This document shows positions 26,583 to 37,705 of a stretch of DNA of 64,000 nucleotides, piece by piece. This stretch comes from Penicillus capitatus (lineage: Eukaryota > Plantae > Chlorophyta), in the NCBI GenBank assembly GCA_965649825.1, contig OZ287700.1, positions 1,240,001-1,304,000 of the forward strand, written 5' to 3'. A program made the translations under genes and the position numbers. Numbering within the stretch: the first letter of the stretch is position 1; each line of letters opens with the position of its first letter. The notes under the pieces are model-generated. The model had not been told where the DNA came from. It saw only the letters and a program-made list of their open reading frames with translations, and did no database searches.

Positions 26583-26717
26583 GACGTTGGCTTCAGGTGT
26601 GAGACGTCGACGATTAAACGCAGTTATTTGGTTATGGTCGCAATGTACAGCAGTACATAACGTTTCGGAAAGAGTGAGAATGACGTCGCGGTTAAGTATG
26701 TGCGCCGCCTCAACTGT

Positions 26718-28007
26718 TTAGGGCTGCTCCAATACGTTCCAGTGTTCGTCATACCATTTGACCGTCCGCGGATCGTAGAAACACCGCGTCGATCCATCGT
26801 AATAGAGCCCGCGCGCTTCGCTATAGAAATATCCACTTTCAGCATGAAAGACAAATCCTTCGGGTGCTTGGTAGTCTGCAGGTCGATCTTTCCTCCGACT
26901 CACTTCTTTCACTTTCTGAAGCAGTTCGCTCTTCTCCACGACCTGACGGCAATCGACCTTTCTCTCCATTAAAAACCGTTTCAGCTCCGAAATCGGCCAT
27001 GAGGCAAAGTCCTCGTCATCTTGTGCCGGCACACCTTCCCGACTGCCGGACGGGACTTCTGTCCCTTTGACGTTGGATGTATCCGGTGGTGTCTGCATTT
27101 TCTCGATCTCTTCTTCCTGATCGCTGTCTTCCGCAAACATGTCCTCTGCCAAACAGGCACTTCCAATAGGTCCGTCTGCGACAGAGCCCTTTACTGGAAT
27201 CGGTATTCTGATCGGCAGTCTCTTTCTTTCCATAGCCCATGGTTTCGAGAGCGTGTTCGAATTCCTCTCTATACAGAGAGTAAGCATCCATCTCCCCGCT
27301 ATTCAGCAAGGCATCCGCCAACTCTGTCAATTCCCCAAAGGCTTTCATATCCGCTTTCTCTTGACCCTCTGTCGACACCATCCCCATCACCCATACTACA
27401 GACAGCAACTGTGTCATACCTGGCGTCTTCTTCTTTCCCAGACGTCTCAGTCCTGCCAACACTGTCTCTCTTGGCTTCAGAAAGGCGACGATATTTTTCT
27501 TCAATTCCAAGATTTGCGTCATGGATGGCTTCTCGATCTTTTCGGAGGCTGCCATCGCTTCTTGTTGCTCGGCATGTCGCCGAAGGACATCGATCGAACA
27601 GACCGTTGCTTCTGAACTCTGTAGCCAAGCATCGTCTGCTTCCGATTTTTCTTTTCTGTTCTCCACGTAGAATCCATCCTCTTCAAAGCTGCCAAACTGA
27701 CGTTCCTCGTCTAAATTGAATGGCTCCAACGGAACAGCTCCTTCTTCTGTCTCTTCGGCATGCAGCAGTTGTTCTTCGCCTCCTCGAACGTCTTCCAGCC
27801 ATTCTGTCTCTTCATTACCTACCAGACCGTCATCTCTGAGTACAGGCGAAGCGGAGATTGTCATGGCGTGCCTCTCGTATCGTGCTGTTTCGTGTGAATG
27901 TCGGGATCGGCATCGGACATAGATGCATCGTCCTCTGGTATGATTTCTGTCTCGCCGAATCGCACTTTCTTCTTTGTTCCGGTCTGGTCTCCTCTGTCGC
28001 GCTTCAT
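26718..28007 (-). CDS. CD2BP2: CD2BP2/Lin1 (U5-52K)-like splicing factor with C-terminal OCRE-like domain
   Basis: VPLEPFNLDEERQFGSFEEDGFYV, DAWL, LKPRETVLAGLRRLG, ELTELADALLNSGEMDAY. C-terminal GFVFHAESGYFYS..GLYYD...FYDP..KWY. Confidence 0.8.
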
Positions 28008-28022
28008 GTTCTCTTTCACGCT

Positions 28023-28030
28023 GATGTGAC
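28023..28030. promoter_or_regulatory. GATGTGAC motif in the CD2BP2/RSH-A bidirectional promoter
   Basis: Lies between divergent ATGs 28007 and 28098. Confidence 0.33.
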
Positions 28031-28097
28031 AGCTGCGGCACGTGTCTGGCGAAGTCTTCGTCAAGGTGACGTTAGATTTGGCAGCGTGGTTTGGTCG

Positions 28098-30710
28098 ATG
28101 CCCTGCAAAGCGTTACGCTATCTCGGTGGATCTCCAGGAAGAGCCTATGGCCTGTCTATCAAACGAAAACGCCTTCCAGTAAATCGCGGTTTGCTGCTGG
28201 ACACCTTCGTCGAACCGTCATCCATCGCTCATAGCACTCCTTCCCTTACCAGTGCTGTCGAAGGTGGCACGATAAACCAGCACTCGTCTGGCGCATTTCG
28301 TTTGTGGCATTCTAGTGGCAAGAGCGCATGGACTGGCGCACCATCCGACGCCTACGCATATTATCCAGTGGTGGGGGTGGAGACTGGGCATCGTCGGTAT
28401 TGGAGCTTTTCTGTACTACTTAGCATTCAACACCTTCGTACAGCATTTCAGATCAAAGCCCACAGAGGTCAGCGCAACAGCTGATCTCCTTCTTGAGTGA
28501 GCAGAGCGTCCGTATACAGGATGATGAGATCGAGCGCTGCGTGCTGCATGGCATTGACGTTTCGGACAGTCGCTTTTTGAGGCGACCAGCTGTCAAAAGG
28601 GCATTGGAATTTGCTGAGAAGGCACACGAAGGACAGAAACGCAAGACAGGAGAACCGTACATTGTCCACTGTATCCACACAGCTTTGATCATGGAGAATC
28701 TCATGGATCCTTCGCTTCCTGATGCCAAATGCGAAATGGCCGTCATCTGTGCGTTGCTGCACGATGTCCTCGAGGATACAACGATCTCCCATGAACATCT
28801 CCAAGAAGAATTCGATGTCTCCATCGCAACTGCCGTACTGGAGATATCGGAGATGAGTTCAATGATCCAGCTCTTAAGACGACATCGGCGCCAACATGTA
28901 TGCCCTTTGCACACCGTATTGGCCACTGAGTTCTCTTCTGGGATGTCAAATAGTCGGTGGACGATCGGGAGAGGTGGAGAGAAGATAACATGCTCAGAAG
29001 CGCCATTCTTAAGAGACTGGAAGATCCCATGATTCTGGCTATCAAGCTATCAGACCGATTGCACAACCTGCGAACGATCTATGCCTTGGAGCCCGAAAAA
29101 CAGAAGGCCATGGCACGAGAAACGCTGAACGTTTTCTGTAAACTGGCCGAACGCCTCGGCCTCTTTTCGCTCGAAGCAAGACTGTGCCATACTCTTCTGT
29201 CACGATGCGAGTGATCTTGCTTGTTCAGGCCGAGATGGAAGACTTGTGTTTTTGTATACTACAGCCACATGAATTCTGGGATGTGTACCAGCGCATCCAG
29301 CTTGTATGGAAGTCTGAGAAGATCAAACATCATCTGCACGACGCAAAGACAGGGATGGCATCAGAGAACACGGAGTCGGAAGGCGATCTCCCACAGAAAC
29401 ATGTCCGGGAACTGCTTCACTTGGTCACACCGTTCACGGCTGTGCGCTATCCTTTCGTGGCCTCCGGGACAAAGGCCGGTTTTGGTTGGCATTTTTTGCA
29501 GAGCTGTGCGAAGCGACTGTTGTACGAGATTGGGATGTTGTCGTTCAGTGCTGGTCTCCGTATCGACATTGTCGGCCGAGTGAAAAGCCTCTACAGTACT
29601 TACACAAAATCGAAGAAAAAGAACATTCCCATCGAAGAAGTCTACGACGTTTTGGCCCTCCGTGTGATTGTGACGGAAGGGGATCATCCGGAAGTGGCCA
29701 TAGGCGTGTGCTACAACATCCTCGATCTCGTTCGGCACCTATGGAAACACATTCCTCCGGAACTTGATGACTACATTGCCTTGCCAAAGCGATCTGGATA
29801 CCAGAGTCTACACATCACTGTCAAAGGCCCCGGCGATGTTCCATTCGAAGTGCAGATTCGCACGGCCTCGATGGACAAGAGCGCCGAGTACGGTCAAGCA
29901 GCACATTGGTGCTACAAGGAGTACGGCGCAATCGAAGCTGAAGAATCGACCTCCCTGTCCATCCGCGATGTGATCTGGGGCAAGAACGTTGCCATACTGG
30001 GACGTCCCGTTGTCCGGATTCGAGACGGCAGTTGGCGCGACGGTATCGTAATTGGAATAGAGAACGAAGGACTGGCCATCATCGTCGCCATCAACATCAC
30101 ACAACGTATATCGCGCTCCTATGGCTCATTCACCGTTGCGTTGTTGGAGTCTTATAAAGAGCTCTTGGAGTATGTGGAAACGCGAGGATGGACGGTTCCA
30201 GGGTGCGGCGATTTTCACGCCGTCGTGGAGCGCTATGTTCTTTGCTCAGATCATGCCTATCACCGCATCGACCACTATGGACTCAAGCACGCCACCGTCG
30301 TCCGTCCCATTCTCACATTCGATTCGCATCACTCCCTAGCTTCACATGTCGCTTCTCTGAGTGCGGGTACTCAAGGAAATGCGATTCCGTTGACGAAGGA
30401 GGATGAGGAATTGAAGCCGCGTATTACCCATTTGCGATCGATGCTCAAAGAGAACGAAAACAATCCCACGACGCCGACCGAGTTCTCGACCGTTCACGTT
30501 TTGATCTGGCCGGAAGGAAAGATCCGGAGCTTTCCTCGAGGGACAACGGCAGCCGATGTCATGGCATCGCGTTCGAAACACAATGGCCATGACGAGCACG
30601 ATCGCGATCCGATTCTGGTAAATGTCAACCGTAGCTGGGTCCCATCCGATACTCCATTGAGGAATGGCGATTCTCTGCATCTGCAAGACGAAGAAATGCA
30701 TTCTTCTTGA
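28098..30710 (+). CDS. RSH: RelA/SpoT homologue RSH-A (HD + intact synthetase + insertion + TGS), plastid-targeted
   Basis: GEPYIVH, LLHDVLEDT, KLSDRLHNLRT; GRVKSLYS, YDVLALRV, DDYIALPKRSGYQSLH, FEVQIRT, AEYGQAAHWCYKE; C-terminal TGS. GC-AG intron 29176-29228. Confidence 0.92.
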
Positions 30711-30741
30711 TGTGGCTTCAGCAGTGACGGCTGTCTCGACG

Positions 30742-33700
30742 ATGATGCGTTTCGCCTTGCTCTGTCTCTTGTCGATAGCTGTGCTTGATATCGGATTCCT
30801 TATCTCTCTGTTCCGGCAAACCTGTCCTTGCGAGACGACGTATATGTACAAGAGCTATCTTCACGCTTTGCAGCGCAAGGATCGGCGCTATCATCTCTAT
30901 CGCTATCACGAACGACGCATTCCCGGCGGACGTCGAGAGCCGAAGGGAGGCACCATGGCTGTCCTCTTTCTTCCAGGGAGTGCCGGAAACTATCAACAGG
31001 TTGTTGCCGTCGAAACGCCGCGATCTGTCTTCGACGTGTGAAGACACAGGCGAGTTCTTTGGCGGCGGAATCTGCTCGGGCGTTTCGGAGACGTTCCATG
31101 GATTGGTTGTTTGATCTGGAATGGTATTCCGTGGACTTCGGCGGAGAGTATTCCGCCTTCGAGGCCAAGATCATTGTCATCCTTTGATACCGTTTTGTGT
31201 GAGAAGGCAAGATGCTCACTCGTGTGTTAGGAAAATCAAGCAGCGTTTGGGATGGAATGTGTGAGATGGCTCCATCACAGCACAAACAGAGGCACGGTGA
31301 TATTGGTCGGACATTCCTTCGGCGGCATCGTCGCACGATTGATCGTCTCCGATCTCGAGCGAGAGAAAGGTGAAGTGTCCGAGGAGGATATGAAATGTGA
31401 GCGTCATTGTTTAGTCAGAGAGAGGGATGGTGAGTTTGGTGGTCACCCTTGCAGCGCCACATGCCGCACCGGTGCTCATGTTACAGCCGTCAATGGCATC
31501 TCTGTATGCCCAGCTGAATAATGTTCACACGTCGGTGCCCTTGCTCTCCATATCGGGCGGCAGAAAAGATTACCAGATATCTCCTCTGTTCACGCGCATC
31601 CCCGGTCTCTCTTTTCACCTCGTGATGAACCATCTCCTGAGTGACGTGTGTAGCATATGTGTCATTCCCTTCGGTGGATGTTGCGACGGCAGATGTGGCT
31701 GGTGTGTGGACATCCATCAGTCATCAACGCATCGTCGTCTGCAATCAGTTTGTCCAGCGATTGGTGCCCCTGCTTTTAGAATTTGCCAACACATGTGGAC
31801 TGGCTCCCGGGGCAGCGACACGTGCAGAGGTGCAGAGACTCGTGGACAAACATCTGACAGGCACAAGACCTGCGCATTTCAAAACGGGCAGGCAACAGTG
31901 GACGTGCCAACACCATGGAGAAGCCATCGACCTCCCGTTTGACGGTATTCTTCCTGGACCGAGATTGGAAATTGGCAGCAGGCATACCTTTCAAGTGAGT
32001 ACTGCGCAATCTGTTCTCCATTTCTGCTTCTGTGTCACCGCAGGATGCAAGCAACATTTGTTATCTGTGGAAACCGTCTTTGGATGGTATTGAAGAGGGA
32101 TGGATGCTGTTCATGGGTTTAACCCCGTGCAGCCATTTTCGCATATGGTCCGTCGATGCATCGGCGGGTGCTTTCTCGGTGACATCTTTGGAAGATCTCA
32201 CAGAACAGATTCAGATCGGACCTTATGCCGCGGAGAATCTGCAGCCACGTCCTGTTGCACGCAAGTAGGCGAATGATCCATGTCACATGTGCCTTCTAAA
32301 AAAAGTGCATTCAGTCATTCATTTGAGGTGATACAAGGCAGAGACTATCTCAGCAATGCCTCATGGATTTTTCACCTCCCTTCAGAGGAGCCCATAACGG
32401 CACCCGGCATCCTTCTCTGTGTCCGAAAGGCAGAGCACCACGATTTTCAGTTTGCCGTCGAGATGCAACGGAAGACGGCTCCACTGACGATAGCACTCGG
32501 ATTCTGGCATCTCTTCTGGCCTCACACAGTAGAGTATTGGCACAGGGATTCGGTTCAGCGAGAAAGACTGTATGTCGAAGTGGACATTGCTCATATTCCT
32601 GAATGGATCTGGCATATCGGCGTCTATGTGAAGTGGTCCATTAAATCTGTGGATGCAAACAGCAATACCTCAGCCATGCCGCATTGCTGGAATCCAGTAG
32701 AAATTCCTCCCCGAAACGACCGTTCACTATCCCTGACCCACAGATCCTACCTTATCCATCCAGAATGCAGCTACTTTGTCTTCCTGGATTTCAATGCTAT
32801 TGGCAAACTCTATGATGTGACGTGGTATTCCGGAGGACAGATCTTGGCTCTTGTGATGGTGTGGACATCTTTGTCGTCTCGGCATTCAGGCAAGCAGCAG
32901 ACATCTGTGATGCATTCCCTCTCCTGGAAATCCATTGCTATGGTGATGGTATGCAGCTTGACTCTCCTCAAGATAAAGGATTGGCAGCTGTGGCAGTCAT
33001 TGGGCATTTGGTTTCCAATGACGTCTCCATACATTCTTCTGGAGGTTCCGAGAACCACCTTCGTCGCCATCTGCTCCATGGGACTTGCAGATCTTCTGGT
33101 CATTCTGCTGGACCGTTTTTGGTTCCTTCCGAGCATCCGTAGCATGCAGAGTGTCTTTTCAAGATCTCACACTATCAGAAGATGGAGCGATCGATGCTTT
33201 CTGTTGTCATGCGCAGCCATGCTGCTGTTTTGTGTTTATCTCCATCCAGCCCTCATCTGTCTCTTCTCCATCGAAGGGCACTTAATCAGATATGCCATAC
33301 ACCGACGCCACGCAGCAGAAGAGCATGAACAAGGTCGGATTTCTTTCTGCTCTGCCTTCGCGGGAGGGAGTGTATGTGTGTGCGTAGCTTTGTGTCAAAG
33401 AGTGAGACTGGAATTTGCTGGAATGCTTATGGAAATGCCGAGCTTCTGCGCGTGGTGGCATCTTCCTCCTTTCTACCGTCAGCTCCATCTCCTCGACTAC
33501 GGCATCTCACTCTCTCTCCTTATCCCTCATCTTCTCACTCTTTTACGCATCGCAGCCTATTCAAATCGATCTCAGTTCTCTCCTCGGCGACGGCGGCGGC
33601 TCGAGTGGCTTAGAAAGACATTGACCTATCTCGCTCTTTTCTGCACTGTGGCAGGCTGGACACCATGTGCCCTTTATTTCTTCTGCGCCATTTCTTGGTT

Positions 33701-33746
33701 TCCTTTCACACCAGGACTGCACCAAGAGATCATAAAATCTCATTAA
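30742..33746 (+). CDS. PGAP1: GPI inositol-deacylase PGAP1/Bst1
   Basis: N-terminal TM, CETTYM, VLFLPGSAGNYQQ, YSVDFGGEYSAF, lipase box VGHSFGG, VTLAAPH, HQRIVVCNQ, multi-TM C-terminus. Confidence 0.88.
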
Positions 33747-33816
33747 TTCCATTTCGTATCATATTTGCCATCCGTGTCATGGTTCCGCGTCGTCGTGGAG
33801 CTCAAGTGCCGTTGCT

Positions 33817-36453
33817 ATGAGCGCTGTGTTCAAGATGCACATTGTCGGATGGCACAGTGTCGTTAGACCTGCCGATACGCGACGCATCGATTCGAATCTC
33901 CACGCCGGGCCACGTGGTGGACACCGAATCGTCGTTTAGGGTTTTGCCATCGATGCATGTGTCGTCCCTAGACTCGCAACCGCTCGGACGCAATGGACGA
34001 CGTTATCGACAAATCTCCTGCTCCATCAGCAGCGGCAGACTCACTCCATTCCCTATGCAATTCTCGCGACACTACGTACCAGCTCACACCGTTCTCCGAA
34101 GCTCTCGTTGTCACACCATTTGTGCAGGCGAAGCTGCATGGGGAGGCCGAGGCGAATGTCATCTTCATTTCACACACCGACTATGAAGTGAGGCCTTTGT
34201 CGATGACGGACGTGTCACTCTTTTTTTGTGTGAGACAGGTCTATGATCACATGAAAGCTGAGAGCGTGGATATCCATTTCCTCTGGCAGCGTTTGCAAGA
34301 CCAATTGGATCATCTGGATATCTACGGGCGGCGTCGAGTGGGTTCGGCCCTGATCCTGGCGTTCGATGCGCACAGCGGTCAGTTTCGCAAATCTGGAGAG
34401 CCTTTCATTACACACCCTGTTGAAGTGGCACGTATTCTGGGCGGTCTTCGTCTGGATGCAGATACCATTGTGGCAGGTCTGCTGCACGACACGGTCGAGG
34501 ACACCGATCGTATGTCGTTCGACGACATCGAAACGCGTTTTGGATCCGACGTCCGTCGAATCGTCGAAGGCGAGACACGATGGACCAAAATGATGCCGAT
34601 GCGTCCGGGAGATTCCGATAAGGATCTCGATTTTCGTCATTTCTTCACCAGCATTTCTAAAGACGTCCGCATCATTCTCGTCAAACTGGCCGATCGTCTA
34701 CACAACATGCGAACGATGAAGAGCATGAGATCGGAAAAACAGAAAGAGAAGGCGGCCGAGACGCTGCAGGTGTTTGCTCCGCTGGCAGGGGTGCTGGGAT
34801 TGGATCGCGTCAAGGAGGAAATGGAGGAGCTCTCGCTGCAGTATCTCGATCCGGAACGCTACACGCAACTCAAGGCGCATCTGAAGAGATTAGCAGAGGA
34901 ACAGAAGAACCCCTTGAGTGAGGCGCAGGAAAGCCTGCAAAGGCAGTTGGATGCAGATCCTGCCATCGCTTCCGCAGAGATCCGTGTGCGCATTGCGCCT
35001 CGGCAGAAATCGCTCTACAGTCTTTACCAACTGTGCGAGCAGTCGAAATGGAATTTTGAAAACAATCAGGAACTGCGGCATGTGGCTCAGTTGCATGTAT
35101 TGCTGGAGACTACGGCGTCCTTTGAAGAGGCAGCACGATTGTGTTACTATGTCATGGGAGTGGTGCATCTGCTGTGGAGTCCCATTCCTGGGAAGATCAA
35201 GGATTACATCTCCACGCCGAAGCTGTCATCATGGAGGGGACTGGCCACGACCGTCTGGCCATCGTCTGGACCCCGACTCATCACACCGGTCGATGTCCTG
35301 ATTCAGACATCGCAGATGAGCGTATGGAGTCTGACGGAATGGTCAACGTGGAATCTGAACGGATGGACGGATGACAGCGAAGGAATGACCGACCAGCGGG
35401 TCGACGATGATGACGGCGACGATATCATCGGTGTATTCAACGGCACTGAATTCGGTGCCTCTGTATCTCAAACGTATCAGAAGAACGGGAAGGCGTACGT
35501 GCGGAACGGCAGCGCCATGAATGGGACGTTATCGAATGGAGCGGAGCTGGATTCTACTTCAGTGCCGTCGGGGGATGCGCGTTGGGATGGACTGAGTCAA
35601 GCTCAGCTGCTGTGGGTGGAGAATCTTCAGAAGTGGCAGCAAGAGATCGGCACCGACATGTCTCCACGTGATTACGTTGATTGCGTTCGAGACGAATTTC
35701 TCTCTCCCTCTGTCTACGTTTTCACCCCTGCGGGTGAATTTATTCAACTCCCTAAAGTGCACACCATCTGACCCTTGGCAAGAGTGGGGGTGTATGGCGT
35801 GTTGTGTTTAGGGGTCTACTGTTTTGGATTTTGCTTATCACGTCCACTCAGATATCGGCAATCGAGCAGTCGGTGCCAAGGTGGACGGTGTGCGTGTGGG
35901 TCCAGGCTATGTGCTTAAGAACGCCCAGGTGGTCGAAATTCTTACCTCAACGATGTGGAAGATCTCGCAAGAATACCTTAATGCCTTGCGATGCAGAATA
36001 CCTGCGATTCAAACAACTTCGGCCAGAAAAAAGCTCAAGAAATTTCTCAAAGAGATCAGCAGACAGCTGGAGCCACGTATCACTCCTACCGCTCCCTGTC
36101 CTCTATGGTCATGATCTGTTTTAGGGCCGTCGAGAATGGAAGAAGTGATTTGGAAGGAGCAGTCGATGGCTGAATCTTCTTTTTGGGTGTTGGTTGAATG
36201 CGAAGACAAACAGGGAGTGCTTGCAGATATCACACGTGTGATTTCGGCAATGGGTTTGAATGTTTCGAAGCACTGGGGGCATCGCAGGGCTAAGGGTGAC
36301 TTTGTGATGAAATACGATATCCATGATCCAGGTGGGAAGAATGCCAAAGAGCTCAGTCGTGCCATAGAAGCTGTCGAAGGCTGTAGACAGGTGAAAATGG
36401 GCTGTACACTGCCAAACCTTGCTGCCGGGCCCCAATTCTGGCTCCGCCCATAA
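33817..36453 (+). CDS. RSH: RelA/SpoT homologue RSH-B (RSH1-like: HD + degenerate synthetase + TGS + ACT)
   Basis: GEPFITHPVEV, LLHDTVEDT, KLADRLHNMRT; TGS VYVFTP..GSTVLDFAYHVH; ACT VECEDKQGVLADIT. Synthetase motifs YQSLH and EVQIRT are replaced by WRGLA and DVLIQT. Confidence 0.92.
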
Positions 36454-36601
36454 ACTGCTGCGTTAGACACGACCGATATTCTGTATGGGTAGTGATTGGT
36501 TACTGTTTTGGACAATCCTCTCGCACACAATGAGAAATGCAAGATGCTGAAATGCGTCTTTGCATCCAACAAAAACACACACATTATCAACGACATCATC
36601 T

Positions 36602-37630
36602 TCAAGGACGTGGCGGCGGTTCGCTCGACCAATCATCAGCAGGTGGTCTGGATCCCGCTGGCGGCGGGGCAGATCCCCAGTCGTCTCTCGCCGCCGCCGG
36701 AGGACCACCAGGAGGCGGGGCAGATCCCCAGTCGTCTCTCGCGGCCGCCGGAGGACCACCAGGAGGCGGGGCAGATCCCCAGTCATCTCTCGCGGCCGCT
36801 GGAGGACCAGGCGGCGGCGCTGTATCTCCCCATCCCCCATCCGTCGGCTGAGCCGCATTCCATCCTCCAGATGTATCCACGAACGGTGCGCCGCCAGCGT
36901 CCTCCCATCCTTCGCCAGCAGCTGCATACGTTCCTCCGTGTGCTGTCACCGGAGCGTCCGTCACCCATGCCTCGGCTCCCGGAATCTGAGGCTGAATGGC
37001 GCCCTCTGCCTCCTCTTCTTTGATGTCTTCCGGCTCACGGAAGAAAAACAGATCGACCACGACATCCCACTTCTCACCATACGGCAACGTCCCGCGCATT
37101 TGCAGCACCATGCGTGCCAAAATGAAGTACAGCACGCCAATGGCATGTTTGCCCTTGTTGTTCGCCGGAATCGCAATATCGACGTACTTCACTGGAGAAT
37201 CGGTATCGCAGAAAGCGATCGTCGGAATATTAACATATGAAGCCTCTTTGATCGGCTGATGATCGGTACGCGGATCACATAGAAGCAGCAGACGTGGCTC
37301 TTCATAGTACTTCTGGATCTGATTTGTGAAGGTTCCTGGAGTATGACGTCCAGCTTGGTACTTTGTCCCTGTGTAATGCGCAAACTTGAGAACGGCGCGT
37401 TGGGCATAGGGACGTGCGGTCGCGACCATGACATCCTGTGGATCTTCAATCGCCACAATGATCCTCGCCGCCAACTGCAGTTTGTTCCACGTCTTCTCCA
37501 AGTTGAAGACATGGACGCCTTCTTGGTTGCGGCCAAAAACGTAGCGCTCCATCTGGAAATCGCAGTTCTTGGTGCCGAGATGGCACCCGGCTGCGAGCAT
37601 CATCTGAACATCGAGCTCTTTCTGATTCAT
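36602..37630 (-). CDS. RPSA: 40S ribosomal protein SA (uS2), intronless, with repeat-expanded C-terminus
   Basis: [58 protein letters not shown]. Confidence 0.97.
   Translation of the reverse strand: MNQKELDVQMMLAAGCHLGTKNCDFQMERYVFGRNQEGVHVFNLEKTWNKLQLAARIIVAIEDPQDVMVATARPYAQRAVLKFAHYTGTKYQAGRHTPGTFTNQIQKYYEEPRLLLLCDPRTDHQPIKEASYVNIPTIAFCDTDSPVKYVDIAIPANNKGKHAIGVLYFILARMVLQMRGTLPYGEKWDVVVDLFFFREPEDIKEEEAEGAIQPQIPGAEAWVTDAPVTAHGGTYAAAGEGWEDAGGAPFVDTSGGWNAAQPTDGGWGDTAPPPGPPAAARDDWGSAPPPGGPPAAARDDWGSAPPPGGPPAAARDDWGSAPPPAGSRPPADDWSSEPPPRP
36663..36815. repeat. 51-bp coding tandem repeat x3 ([17 protein letters not shown]) in RPSA
   Basis: Units start at 36663, 36714 and 36765 and are near-identical. 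Confidence 0.9.
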
Positions 37631-37685
37631 AATGCCGACGGACGAAATGCAAAGGCGCCGCCGAGATCGCTGGGGAGGATGTCAG

Positions 37686-37695
37686 ACGTCACATC
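37686..37695. promoter_or_regulatory. ACGTCACATC motif in the RPSA/TYW1 bidirectional promoter
   Basis: Lies between divergent ATGs 37630 and 37706. Confidence 0.4.
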
Positions 37696-37705
37696 AAGTC
37701 GAGAG

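Noticed and set aside
36463-37259. Long Arg-rich and other ORFs overlapping RPSA
   Set aside because: These are antisense or alternative-frame shadows of a GC-rich repeat region.
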